64,000 nucleotides of DNA from Ruditapes philippinarum (taxonomy: Eukaryota): NCBI RefSeq assembly GCF_026571515.1, contig NW_026857847.1, positions 1 through 64,000 of the forward strand. Direction: 5' to 3'. The notes beneath the pieces are model-generated. The model saw only the letters and a list, made by a program, of their open reading frames with translations. It was not told the origin of the DNA and made no database searches. Position numbers and translations under genes: made by a program. This document shows, one piece after another, positions 1-12,600 of the stretch. Each line of letters starts with the position of its first letter. Within the stretch, counting starts at the first letter, position 1.

Positions 1-125
1 GAAAATTATTTGTCCAGAAAGTCAAGAAACGAAAACTTATTCTGTAAATATTTTTGTTTTAATTTATTTAACTTCTTACTTACATAGGCATGCGACCGAC
101 GTCCTCTTTTGTTACATGCACTTAC

Positions 126-2915
126 ACGATGGTCTTTGCGGCATTTGCCTGCCGCCTGTTCATCTGAGCATGCTTTTGGTTTCTAAGACAAAATGTCATA
201 CATATCCATAAAGTATATGTGTAAGTCAAAGATAAATACTATAGGTTAAAAGTAATCAGACTCGAAGAAATAAAAAAATATAATATATTATAATTGGAAT
301 AGTTAATACATGCCGAGTGTTTTAAACGGACTCATTTTGCAACAATTTTTTGGAACTGTTAATTATCGCTTTTGGATATATCATATAAATATGACAATTT
401 GAAACGGGGTAGCCAACACTATAGAGCCTGACCAGACATCCACATGTACAGGCTGGTCTGGCTGTATACTAGTGGCCAAGGCTTATCACTTTCTCTTAGA
501 ACAGGGTACAAGGGCTGTTAAATATAAATGCAACTAGGCCAATATCTCGCTTTTAACCATGTTTTGCATGTATCGCAAAGATGGTTGTGTAAGTTCTCCA
601 TTGATACAAAATATGTGTTAATCAGTTCATTCCATCTTTGACAATAGCTCGATTAATGCTTTTAACTCGTGTATACTAAAGCTAAAATGGTTGGCAAAGG
701 TCTCTTTACACTGACCAAATACGGTCCTGTATCAAGAACCGCTGTAATCTTGGTATACAGGCGAAATGCATATTGAATAAAATATGTCGGGTTTATGGGA
801 ACAATTAACTTTTTTCTTCATCTGCCACACGGTGGTGTTAGAGATTTAAAAGTGGTTTTGATTCAGTAAAAAATGCACCTCATGCACGCCGTCCGAAAAT
901 TGCAACTTCGCAAAGAAATGGTTGGAAAAGGAAAGGATTTTATTGCTATTGATACAAGATTCACAACAAGGTATATAGTTAAATGCGTTGGTATCTCTAC
1001 ATGAGCCGCTCATACAATCCTCAGAGGTGATTTAAAATGAAGAGGGTAAGTGCCAGACAGAAACCCCATCTCGTTACAAAAGAGCAAAAACTTGCTCCAG
1101 TAAGAATCTCCAAACAATTGTTGAAACAGTTCCTTAAATACAAAAATCGATCTTCGAAATATCATCACTGGCGATGAGACGTAGGTTCAGGTAAATAAAC
1201 ACAAACGAAAGATACATAACAAAATATGGGCAACCAAAGGAAGTCAAAGACGTTTGCATGTATCAACGAGCAGTGATCATCAGAAACCCCATCGATTATG
1301 TGCATGTATAAAGATCTATCACGCTGCCCGATCGTTAGAACTTTACAGGGGTGTTCAAATATGAAGGCAACTGGGTCAATTTTCAGAAGTGCTTAACAGT
1401 GCCAAAATAATCATCTCAATCCTTCAAAATACTCAACACCATGTGATATACAAAGTTTTAGTCTCTTTTGATCCAATTTTTAAATGCATTTTCATAATTT
1501 TTTTGAGGTATACTGTTCAGACACTTGAAAAATAGCCGAACCGTGATTTTTAGCGTTTGATATTATCTTCCAGCAAGGTGTTTTCTTGAGCGTCAGAAAT
1601 AGGAAAACGTCACAAGGGGCAAGATCTGGCGAATAAAGATTGTGAGGAAGTTCGAAATCGACAACCTTTTCCTGTTTCAGATATTCTCGTACAATGACCA
1701 TAAACACGATAATGTATTATTACACTAAAACATTTAGGCTGTTGTGTTCGTATTATCGTCATACAGATAATTTTAAAGCATATTTTGCTTGATTGCATCT
1801 CATGTTAAGTTATGGTGAAACAATAAAATAACAAGGAAAAAACTTGTTAGACCTATCTTCACAACAATAGAGACACCTGGCTATGTTTAGTTTTTCTGAT
1901 ACATAGTAGTAAATTATTTTTGAATCATTCAAACCAGTGCACACACTCAAAATAAGACAAGGTACGCCCCACTCAGGTCCTGCATTGTGTTGCAAAAGCA
2001 GGGAAAGGTCACATCATACATTAACACAATGAAGAAGGGTCTGAAATGTTCATTTAATTATTTATATTCATGCTCTCGATTGACAATCATTATTCAGAAT
2101 TTACGTTTCCCTACTAAAGTGTAAAAATACATACACGTGAATGTTGTGGCACATGAGGTGGTTGGCTACGACGTCCAAGTTCGTTCAACACCGCTCCAGC
2201 AAACTGACCGGCCGTACCTGATAGCATATCCAAGCCTGACTGATAATCTGAGTTCATATCCTAAACAAACAGATTTGTACTTGATAAACAATAAAATTAA
2301 ACTTCCTTTCGTGAATCGTTTCATAATTATCTAGAATTAATAAGAAAAGCCGAAAAGCAATTCAAATGAGTGAATGACGTATTTGGTGTCTTGTCACAGT
2401 TTCAAAAAAATACTTATTTGCTACCCACAGATAATGTCTTTTGCTTAATTTGCTTGGTTGGAAAATGCTATATTTAGTAAACTAGTATTTTTTATGGAAG
2501 TCAAAATACATGTACTATTTTGTTTACATTTTGCTACCTTTACAACACATCACTGCATGTTCAGTGCTACTTTCTTCAGTTGTTGAATATCTATCATGCT
2601 CTAAATCCATTATAAAGACACTTTCAAACAATCGTTGGACAATAAGAAAGAATTTTTAAAAACATACGGATTTCTAAGGCATAATGTGCCTTGAAGTTTT
2701 CTGGCTTTGCATTTAAACTCGCACCAGACCTGATGAACTTCTTTCTCTAACCGACATAGCACAACATTACAATAACATGTCTACGAATGTGATACCAGGG
2801 GAGTAGTCGAATAAATTGCCCATTTATACATCAAGATCGCCGACATATTAAAACTGTACAACAAATATTGAAATTAGTAAAATCTTACATTTCTCCGTTG
2901 GTCTCTACCGAACAT
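126..2915 (-). CDS. Gene D (5' part only): paralog of gene B, continuing beyond the left edge. Exons: 2915-2889, 2260-2135, 182-126
   Basis: MFGRDQRRN|DMNSDYQSGLDMLSGTAGQFAGAVLNELGRRSQPPHVPQHSR|KPKACSDEQAAGKCRKDHR, with splice sites at the same positions as gene B. The exon 3 length difference (57 vs 48 nt) preserves frame. Confidence 0.78.
507..1715. mobile_element. Mariner relic in gene D intron 2, 3' half inverted
   Basis: TIR-like taCAAGGGCTGTTAAATATAAATGCAACT at 507; N-terminal transposase remnants on +; second TIR at about 1344 in the same orientation, followed by YSPDLAPCD on the minus strand. Confidence 0.8.
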
Positions 2916-4584
2916 CGTTTATGCCGAAAAAATACGATAACATTAGAAAAATGAAAAACGGCGAATGATCTTTGACCTTTGTTGACAATATAACAATATT
3001 TACTATATTAATTATAAATAATGAATTTTCACCATCTTCAAAATATTTCAAGGAAACAAAAGTCTGTATCATTTGATATTCTCTTCCGCGATAAAAAAAA
3101 ATTCAAATCATTTTGTTCTGGTTTCAACCACTTAACTTAACATAACTTAATATCTTCAATTATATTTGTATCAACTGATGAGATTAACTTTAAATGAGGA
3201 TGGGGTGGTTTTGTGACTAATTGTCTCATTCATCGGTTGATAGTTGACTTCCTTCAATCCAAATATACAACTAAAAGTATGTTAAAAATATAAAATACAT
3301 TGAAATATTTTCCTGTATTTGTATCAATTACTGGGTCCATCTTATTAAAACATATCTAACACTTGTAGTTAAAGAGTCATTTTGGCAAGTTGTATGACTA
3401 AGCTTATATAACGAAAGTGGCAATGCGAGTATGTTGTATTATCAGCAATTATTGATACATGGTCATATAACCTATCAATAGAAATCTTTATAAATAACAC
3501 AGTACTGCAAAATCATTATTGTTCGAGGGTCACTAATTTTCGAGTTTTGTAGTTGTTGTTTTTTTGTTAATATATCAATCCACGAATGTAAGATCCAACG
3601 GAAATTTATTTCATTTTCTAACTACTACTGATACAAGGTATTACATTTTACTTTGCACAAAAAGACAATCCACGAATTAACGATTCCTGGAAAATGTCTA
3701 TTTTTAAATTAAAAATAACAACAACAAAAACAACATTTATGTCATGAACGCGAAAGTAGAGGAACTGAATTGAGTTCAAAAAGCATAAAAACATGAGCAA
3801 TTTTGAGTCATTATTCACAATTATAATAATTATTCTGGAAAAGAACGGAGAAAATATATAATCTGAAAATTTGCAGATAGCTATAGGTTATTGGTCTAGA
3901 CAAACAATTTCGACAAGTTGCTTAAGAAAGAATCTCCAAACAATTGTTCAAACAGTACCCTAAATATAACAATCGATCTTTCGCAAATATCATCACTTGA
4001 GATGAGACTGAGCCTACTCGAAAGATACATAACAAAATATGGGCAACCAAAGAAAGTCAAAGACCATGCATAACAAAACGCACCATGAGCACCAAAATGG
4101 TCATGTATGTAATTTTCTTTGCTATTCAAATTGGCGTACCAAAGGGTAAATCTGTAAATGCCAAGTTTTACAAAGGCAAGGTCTTTCATAGATTAAAGAA
4201 ATATTTTAAAAACCGTCGACAATGCTTCGTCACAAAAAGCGGCCATTTACGAGTCAGGAAACAGGAAAAAGGTTGTCGACCTTCCTCACACTCCTTCGCG
4301 AGATGTTGCCCTCGTGACTTTTTCCTATTTCCGACGTTCAAAAAACACCTGGTTGGAAGAAAATATCAAATTGGAAAAAATGTCGGTTCGGCTATCTTCC
4401 AGTACCTGAACAGTATACCTCGAAATGATTTTAAAAATGCATTTAAAATTGGATTGAAAGACTAAAACTATGTTTATCACATAAACTGCGGCGCAGGAGT
4501 GTAATAAAGTCATTTAATAAAAACGATATTACACTAGTGTAATAACACTTTGACGTCATTTGCGCTATATAGAAACATAGCGTT

Positions 4585-4797
4585 ATTGTTTTTGGGTTTT
4601 ACGTCACATCGACACAGTCTATGTCATAATTATGGCGATGTTCCTGCTTCACAGGTGGAGGAAGATCTCAGGTGCCCTTCCGTGCATTATTTCAGGCACG
4701 AACCGGCACCTGAGTAGAACCACCGACGTTCCGTAATCTAGCTGGATAGCTTCCTCACATGAAAGAATCCAAAGTCCCTGTCGGGATCCGAACCCAC
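4585..4797 (-). mobile_element. tRNA-derived SINE (truncated head) with target-site duplication
   Basis: B-box-like GGTTCGGATCC on the minus strand at about 4785-4795; flanking direct repeats aaacatagcgtta / aaacataacgtta; related copy at 61860-62118. Confidence 0.65.
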
Positions 4798-4894
4798 AAA
4801 CATAACGTTAAAGAGCGCTTATGAAAGCGTTACACTAAAGGCGCGTTATTAAAAAAATACTCATTTTAACAGTTCTTATTTTATATATGTGATA

Positions 4895-5058
4895 AATAGA
4901 ATATTATATTTGTGTAGAGTCAATACTTAATTAATTGAACGAGTTGAACGAGTTAAATAAAACAATATTATGCTCGCCAGAGGCTTGCATAATATGATTT
5001 TATTCAACTCGTTCAATAAATTTAGTATTTAACAACACTCATTTAATATCCTCTATAT
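4895..5058. mobile_element. Short palindromic MITE (related copy at about 51880-52020)
   Basis: attgaacgagttgaa...taaaa...attatgc / gcataat...ttttattcaactcgttcaat symmetry in both copies. Confidence 0.6.
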
Positions 5059-8000
5059 TTATCATGGTGGTGAGTATTTTGAAGAATTGAGATAATTATT
5101 TTGGCATTGTCTGTTAAGCACTTCTAAATTTTGACCCAGTTGCAATCATATTTGAACACCCCCGTAAAGTATGAACGATCAGGCAGCGTGATAGATCTTT
5201 ATACATACACAAACTCGATGGGATTTCTGATATCCACTGCCCGTTGATTCATGCGAACCTCTTGTTGGAGTCTGAAAATATAATTGTTGTATATCATGGA
5301 ATTACAAATGCACATTTATCTTTGTTATGTCTCCATGTGTGTTTAAATGGAAATATGCGAGTATTCGGGGGGTGAAATATATATTTCGGCTCTTATGATT
5401 AAATTTAAATAATTATTGACACCCCACTATGGGATTACGATTTGGCAATGCTTATAAATATTTGGAAAGTTTTTAGAAGAAAAAAAAAACTGACGTCAGA
5501 TATTGGCAGAACCGTATAAGTGTACAACAGAAAATGAAGCTTTGGTGACATGCGATAACTAAATAAAAAAACACCAGCAAGTGATTATTCAATATAAAAA
5601 TATAAAAATCTGGTTATTGTCTATTTTTAGTCTTTATTCATAACAAATAATGTTTAGATTTTGAACAGTGGTGTCTGTAAAGTGCAGAGTATACAGTCCT
5701 TGCATGGTTAATATTTTATCATTTGCATCATCTTTAATTTGGTATTATATGTTTGATGTTATTTGTATAAATAATTAAATGTTCTGTTGGGATTAATGTA
5801 CAATTGCTAATCTATTGTAAATAATGTACTCAAAGCTATCACGATACGAATACCTTAAATACAATGATTTATTGTATTTGGTTTTGAACATTTAGTTAAG
5901 TTCAGGGGTAATAGTTTTATCTAGGATCAATAGTGAAACAATATATTGCATCTTACGAACCCTAGCTAAAGATACTTCAGCGAACAGGTTTTATAGAATT
6001 GCTAGACCTGTTCGCTGAAGCCAACCCCGTATCGAAAGTCATCCAGACCCGTGACATTTTTATGTCATGCTGTAATTCAATAAATTTTCGTGATCTGGAC
6101 AAAAACTATCTTAATACAGGTAGTTAGATATATTTGGGACCCTTCAGTCTATATTTTTGAACGCAGAATGTTAGATTAATGAAATATTGCCTCAAAGTTT
6201 ATCAGCGGGTTCACATTTCATAAAATTCTCCGCCATTGCTGCCCTAATTATCACGTGACCAGCGAGAATTTAGGTTCGGATACCTTTGCATGACATTTGG
6301 TGATACGTGGCCTTAATGCTATTTTTAATTGAAAACATGGCTTTGCAATTATGAATAACGGTGTATTTATTCAATAAAAGACATTGTACCAAAAACATGG
6401 TTGGATTTATATTGTTTTGAGTGATGATTCATGAATTATTTGTTTGTTTTTATATAAAATCATACACTTACTAAAAATAGTGTATGGTCCGTTACTAAAA
6501 ATAGATGTTAGAATTTGAAAAACATGAAGTCCCGCGAGATCTTATTTGAAAGCAGACTCCATATTGGTAAACATTCTCTACATATTTCTCTAAAAATAGT
6601 AGGGTACACAATGTCATTGAAGTTTCATTTAAAAACAAAACATGAATTAGTTCAAAATTGACTTGTTTATCAAATGGTATTTTTATTTGACCCAAATTTG
6701 ATTAATAAGGGTGATTTTAATAGGTTTTAATGTACGGCGCACGAACTGTCAAATTCTGGTTGCCTTTGCAAATAGGAATGACCCATAACTTTACTGTCGC
6801 AACGTCAAAATAAAAGCGACATATAAAGTTTTGGAAGCCAGAACTATACGAACCCATGCAATATGCATGACATTGATAGTGATCACTTGTAACAATCATG
6901 ATCAACTAATGAATGGGAAAATGGAGCAGTTCTCTCTTAGCTGCAATCCAAGACTACTTCTGTGATTTTTACTACACAGTTCTTACTGACAGTTAAGCCC
7001 AATTTATTTAAAGTCAAATAAAAGGCAGCAATGTTTGGATCTAGACAGTCCCCTTGCTGTTCAAAGTTTATTGAGAAGCTAACAGATATTGGAGACATCT
7101 ACTTTAAGATACACACTTCCCGATTAATTGGCGTCCGCCTCGAAGCGCGACGTCCCTTATGGAATGAAATCAGATTTTGTGAAAGAGCTACTTTTCGGAT
7201 CTTTTCGTCGGTCATAAAAGCCGATCTTTCCGATTGGTATGAGGGCATTTGATTATCAAAAATGAAATGTCGCGAACAATGATAGCAACTGGAGAATTTC
7301 GCAATGCAAACATATTCAAATGAAATAATCTTTTCCGTCCATAAGTTGCGCTCTTCGGGTTTTTTTATTTATCATTCTGTAGTGGGTTATAATCGTTTGT
7401 TATTGTTGTACATGTATCCGAAAGCTGTAAATATAATGATGACCTTAAAGTCCGAAAATCTATTTATAGAGGGATGTACTATTCGCTGGTCTCCTTTCGG
7501 TAATTCCTGGTCTCTCCCGGTCTATTTTGACCGGGATTTACTAGAGACCGGACAATAGTATCACACGTTTATTGTCCGGTCTCTCCCGGTTTTGGAGTAG
7601 ATGTTTGATATCGTTACAGACAAATAAGTTTGTTTCCAAAATGAATGTTTGTCACTTAGTTTGGTTACAATAATTAATAAACACAGATCAACTCTCAAAA
7701 TTGATTATTATTATAATACATAAACATACAATTAAAGAAAAACAACAACAATCATTGAATAAAAAGGTATATTTTTATGGTATAAATATGACACCATCAA
7801 CTTTGAAACATTTTATTTAATTTTATATTCGTGTAAAGTAAAGATGCTCAGGAATCATTCTAAGTTACAAATTAGATTTTATGAATTATTCAATTGATTG
7901 ATAATCTTAAAAAAATGATAACGAAAAATACAAATGTACATGGCTTAAGAATAAACAATATAATATATTGAAAGATATTAGCCATAATTTACTGGCTTTT

Positions 8001-9638
8001 TACAGTTAATTTTTATCTTATAATCGTCGGTCAATATGACAATTTAATTCTTAAAATTTATTTTACAATTTTAATTTAAAAAAAAGTAGTACACGTAAAA
8101 ACTCAGTATTAAAATAGCACATAAAACACAAAAAAAAAAGAAAGAAAAAGAAAACAATATTCATAAGATATGTAAAGAAAATTTCAAAATAGATATTACA
8201 ATTATTGTATAATAAAACAGTAATCCTCAACATGATCAACATGGTAATATAACCAGTGTCATATTATTACTATGTGTGAACAGATACCGTAAGAGGGGGT
8301 CTTCGCTAATAGCGATAACATAATAAGGGACAATACACCAGTGTGGTGTTGATCATGCCTTACACCAGGGTCTTATACTCCACGTAATAACTCTTACCAC
8401 GGAAAATTTTGTTTCCAGTTTATCATTTGCCTGGCAAACGATATATCACATAGTGTTTTGTTGCTCGTTCCTTAACAGTACGATAAACTGCTACGTTTAC
8501 GGTTTTTTGACACAATGTTTCGAGATGAGCTAAGGAAAATATATTCTTTAAAATGTTTTAAAAAGGGCAGAGCACGTGATCCAGCTAAAGGAAAAAAAGG
8601 AGCAAATATCTCTTTATAAACTTAATATGTAACGTTTGGCGTTTCTGAACTCAGCTGTATAAATTTACTGTAAGTAATAATTGATATTAAATTATTGAAA
8701 TGAAGTGTTCCCCTAACTAAGTGTTCCCTTGGGTTGATATCTGATTACTAATCCGCGCAATCACGGTATGCCAAGTTATCACGATATCACTTTTATATAT
8801 ACCTACATGGTACAAATATTAAAATATTTTTTATTCAGGTACACAGTCACTTAAAACTTGGTTTAACAATAGTTTGATTATTTAAGCAGTATTTTAATCA
8901 TGCTTTTGAAATTATAAACTACAAGAAGAAGAGGGGACTATGTTAGAAACGCACGTAATGGCAAAACCCACATTGGCCGAAAGACAGATAATTTGAAAGC
9001 ATCAAATATACCTTTTGGGTTTGTTTACGATGACTCATTTGTTTTATACGTCCATGTATTTGTAGTGTTTTTTTTACCGTATAACAAAATGAAATTGACG
9101 TTTTACGTAATTTGTATTACGTATTTATGTTAAACTGAAGTGACTAGTTTAGAGTCATGTCTATGTCCTCGCTAGGGGTTTGACATTAATGGAAGATAAA
9201 TAGATAGATAAGAGAGTAGGTATAGGTATAGATAGATTAACGAACATTCAAAAATAGATGACACTTTCACTTTCGCATTATTTAATTTGGTTTTTTATCG
9301 GACATTATTAATGTACAATCACATATATGGCACAATTATTTAAGTCGTCAAAACGTTAAACTTGAAACTGGATATCAATTTTAGGTCACTTAAATGTTGG
9401 AATAAATCTTGGCATTTTTTTATATGTTCCCTAAATAGTTTCTATTTTCAAGTGTTTTTAAACTGTGTATGTCACTATAAAATTGCATCAATTTCCACAG
9501 ATATCAACTAATGTAATTGCACGCATACAAATCAAATTATTTATACCCGAATACAATTCAAATGAAAAATTCAGAGAAATAAATAGAGTCTTCATCACGT
9601 GGAATAAGTGTTTCTATATGGTCTTTGCCATGCAACTA

Positions 9639-12600
9639 TCATTCTTTGATTTGCACGGTGGAGATCATGACGTCACCATCAATACGGAGTGTATCAATAC
9701 AGCTGAAGGTCTTGATCCTGTGATTAAATTCCACAAAATGCTGATCATCAACTGCGACCTGAAAATGTAGCCATTTCAATGAATATTCGTTTCCATTATT
9801 TATCACGTCTTATGTAACACTTGATTTAACATTGTAGCTGAATTTACCTTTTTTATAAAAAGATTTATTCATAATGAGGAAGTTATCCGTTTCTTTTTAT
9901 TTAGTTAAGATTATACAAATTAAGCAAGACTCGGGTAGGAAACTTGTTCCTGGGTTTGAACTCCCCCGGGGCCACTGCTCTCTATAAATCATTATATTTA
10001 TTTGTATGGGTTAAAGTAGTTCGCTTAGGAGCGCTTTATGTTTGTCGAGTATGAGATCAACAACAAAAATAACAACAACAGCATCGTACATATGGGGCAA
10101 TGTTTGGGTATTAATCGTTCCTTTGAGCTTTGATATAGAATCAAAATTAAAAACATGTAGTGTACATGGTATGTATATACCGGTATGTGAATCTCTAATA
10201 CAAGAAGACATCGGCATTGCCAGAAATTAATTGACATTGATTACCTTGAAACAATCACGGTCAACCAAGATAATGATCTGAAATTCTTTTTCTCGTTGGA
10301 ATGGAAAACACGGAGCAGATCTTTCCTCCTGTCTGCTATCCCATGCTCCTTCCTTGTGATTTCTTACTACGCAGTTTGTACTGACAGGTGTACCCCACTT
10401 AAATCTAACATCAAATACCATGGCAACAAATTTTGGATCGCGACTCTCTCCTTGTTGAAGATATATCGAGAAGCTGAAAAAGTTTAAGTGAAATTATTTC
10501 ATAGTTTATCTATGCTATATTTAGGCATTTAAAAGGGTATAAGATATAAAATAATGGCAAATTAATCTGACAAGGAAAAGGACATTTCAAGTAAAATAAT
10601 TTTGGTAATTGTGTAAGTTGAAACATTCGAGTGTTCCATGGTATTCTTCTTTTTCACTCGACCACCTTTTATCGGTAGAATGAACATTTACTAGCTTGGT
10701 GTATGCTGTCTACTTGTTTCCAGCAGCGACTGGCCTGTGTATGTGCAAAGAGAGTTCCGTTTCAGTAAATTTCGCAAAGAGAGTACCGATATGGATATGC
10801 ACCGTGCTCACTGTTCACTGTTTTAATTCTCATTACCAGGAGTTTAAAATACATGAGTTAAAATCATAATTAGTTTAAAACTTCTACTTATATGGATTTA
10901 AAAACTCCTAATTTAGAGTTTCTAAGTGGAATTTATTTTTTTTTTCATTGAACAAATTTAACATTCTATATTGAAAATAACTTATTATCAGGAGTTTGTA
11001 AATTCCTTAATAAGATCAAATTTAAGAATTACTTCTCTCTTTTATAGACTATAACTTATATAGAGTTCCCCTATAGTTTTCTCGTTTAGGGCACACGCTG
11101 TCTTTTACTTAGGGACCATTCGTCGCTTGTCACGGAATAGCATAAAAGTGTCGCATAGAAGTTTTCATAATGAACGCAGCATGAACACATCTGCGGATGT
11201 TACAAAACTTCACCATGTGTCATGTTTAAATGTTGAATTCTACTTAAGCCGGTACTTGGGGGAGTGGACGGTAATTGGCAGTACCGTCTATGAACAAGGC
11301 TGAATCAAGCCTGCCTGCAACGATTTCAATTTTGTTGTGTTGGGTGTTCTTACGGAATCCGTTTTCTCTATTTGTTAAGAAGCACTTAAATCATAATTAG
11401 GAATTTGTATAATCCAGCAAGGACTTCATAATCCGCATGTAATAACTTATTCCCAAATAAAATTGTAAAATTCAGTTTAATATGCTTTATTTTTTATTGG
11501 ACAGTGTGTCTTTAGCAGATGCCAACAAAAATTATAAACTTTTTGTAGTTATCAATACATGTTAGATCACCACAGCTAAATGGCATCCATGATGCCGGTA
11601 ATACGGTGTGGAAGCATCATTCATCTATAATTCCAAAAATAAACATCAGATCTATAAATAAGTAAGGTATTTACCTTTTGGCGTTAGAGTTTGGGATCCC
11701 ACACACCAAAATGATCTTGCCCTCATGGAGACCATGGATGTTTTTAATGTAAGGAGCTTGTGACTGAAAAAAGAAAACACATTACATGTCAAAACAAATG
11801 ATCAGATAATACAGAATGAGGCTTTTGATAATATATCACAAGTCATTTATCGCCTTTTTGTCAAGCAAGCACGTCCCATCTCACTAAGAAACTTGAAGAC
11901 AAAGAATAGCAAATAAAATACAGCTGCAGAATATTTAGTATTTGTATGATTCGAGGAATTACTGATTATTGAATATAAACCATATTTCTAAACAATATAG
12001 AATAAATGTACGTCTTTGTAGTATAACAATTATAGATGATATAATTGCAATTTAATCAACGTGTTTTCATACTTGAACGTGATTTATAAAATCATTTTAC
12101 TATTTGGAGAATAAGGATTGTAAATAGTTAATAATGTTTTATAATTGAACGTGTTTTGTATATTTCATGAATAATTGAAAATATCTTTCAAATATTTGTC
12201 ACATGTACAAATTCATATAGATTCTACTGAACTATTACATACAGGAAATGTTGGTACAGGGATATATGACCTTGTAGTCAAGGTGTCTGTCGGTCAATCC
12301 AGTGTGTTTAAATCTTATTGTGGTCACGGTCATATTTCCTCATGCGGAACTAGTAGATTTTAACTTGATTTATTTTCGTTCGAATCTGAAGAAAACCATA
12401 AGCTTACAGACACACTTTTGACAAAATTATTTGCTCATGGAAACAACAATTTCGAACCAACGATCAATCAGTGAAGAGGCAGGCACCTTAACGACTTGGT
12501 CGCCTCTTCTTGATAAGACATTAGTGTAGATTATATCTGTGGAGTATGGTATGGTAGTGTATGGTTTGGTATGGTATGGTATGGTATGGTATGGTATGGT

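Larger units (their letters stand above)
1..3905. repeat. Segmental duplication, copy 1 (paralogous to 20650-25547)
   Basis: Colinear similarity through exons, introns and upstream region, from aaaattatttgtccag... to ...ggtctagacaaaca. Confidence 0.9.
3925..5166 (+). mobile_element. 5'-truncated mariner relic in normal orientation, interrupted by insertions at about 4485-5060
   Basis: Track ORF 4085-4465 resembles mariner transposase (VNAKFY...DFFLFP..KKHL.GRKY); right TIR ...gttgcaatcatatttgaacacccccgta ends at 5166. Confidence 0.8.

Noticed and set aside
5400-9400. Additional gene between C and D
   Set aside because: Only short ORFs without recognisable motifs and small hairpins (about 5975-6020, 7535-7585) typical of repeat debris.
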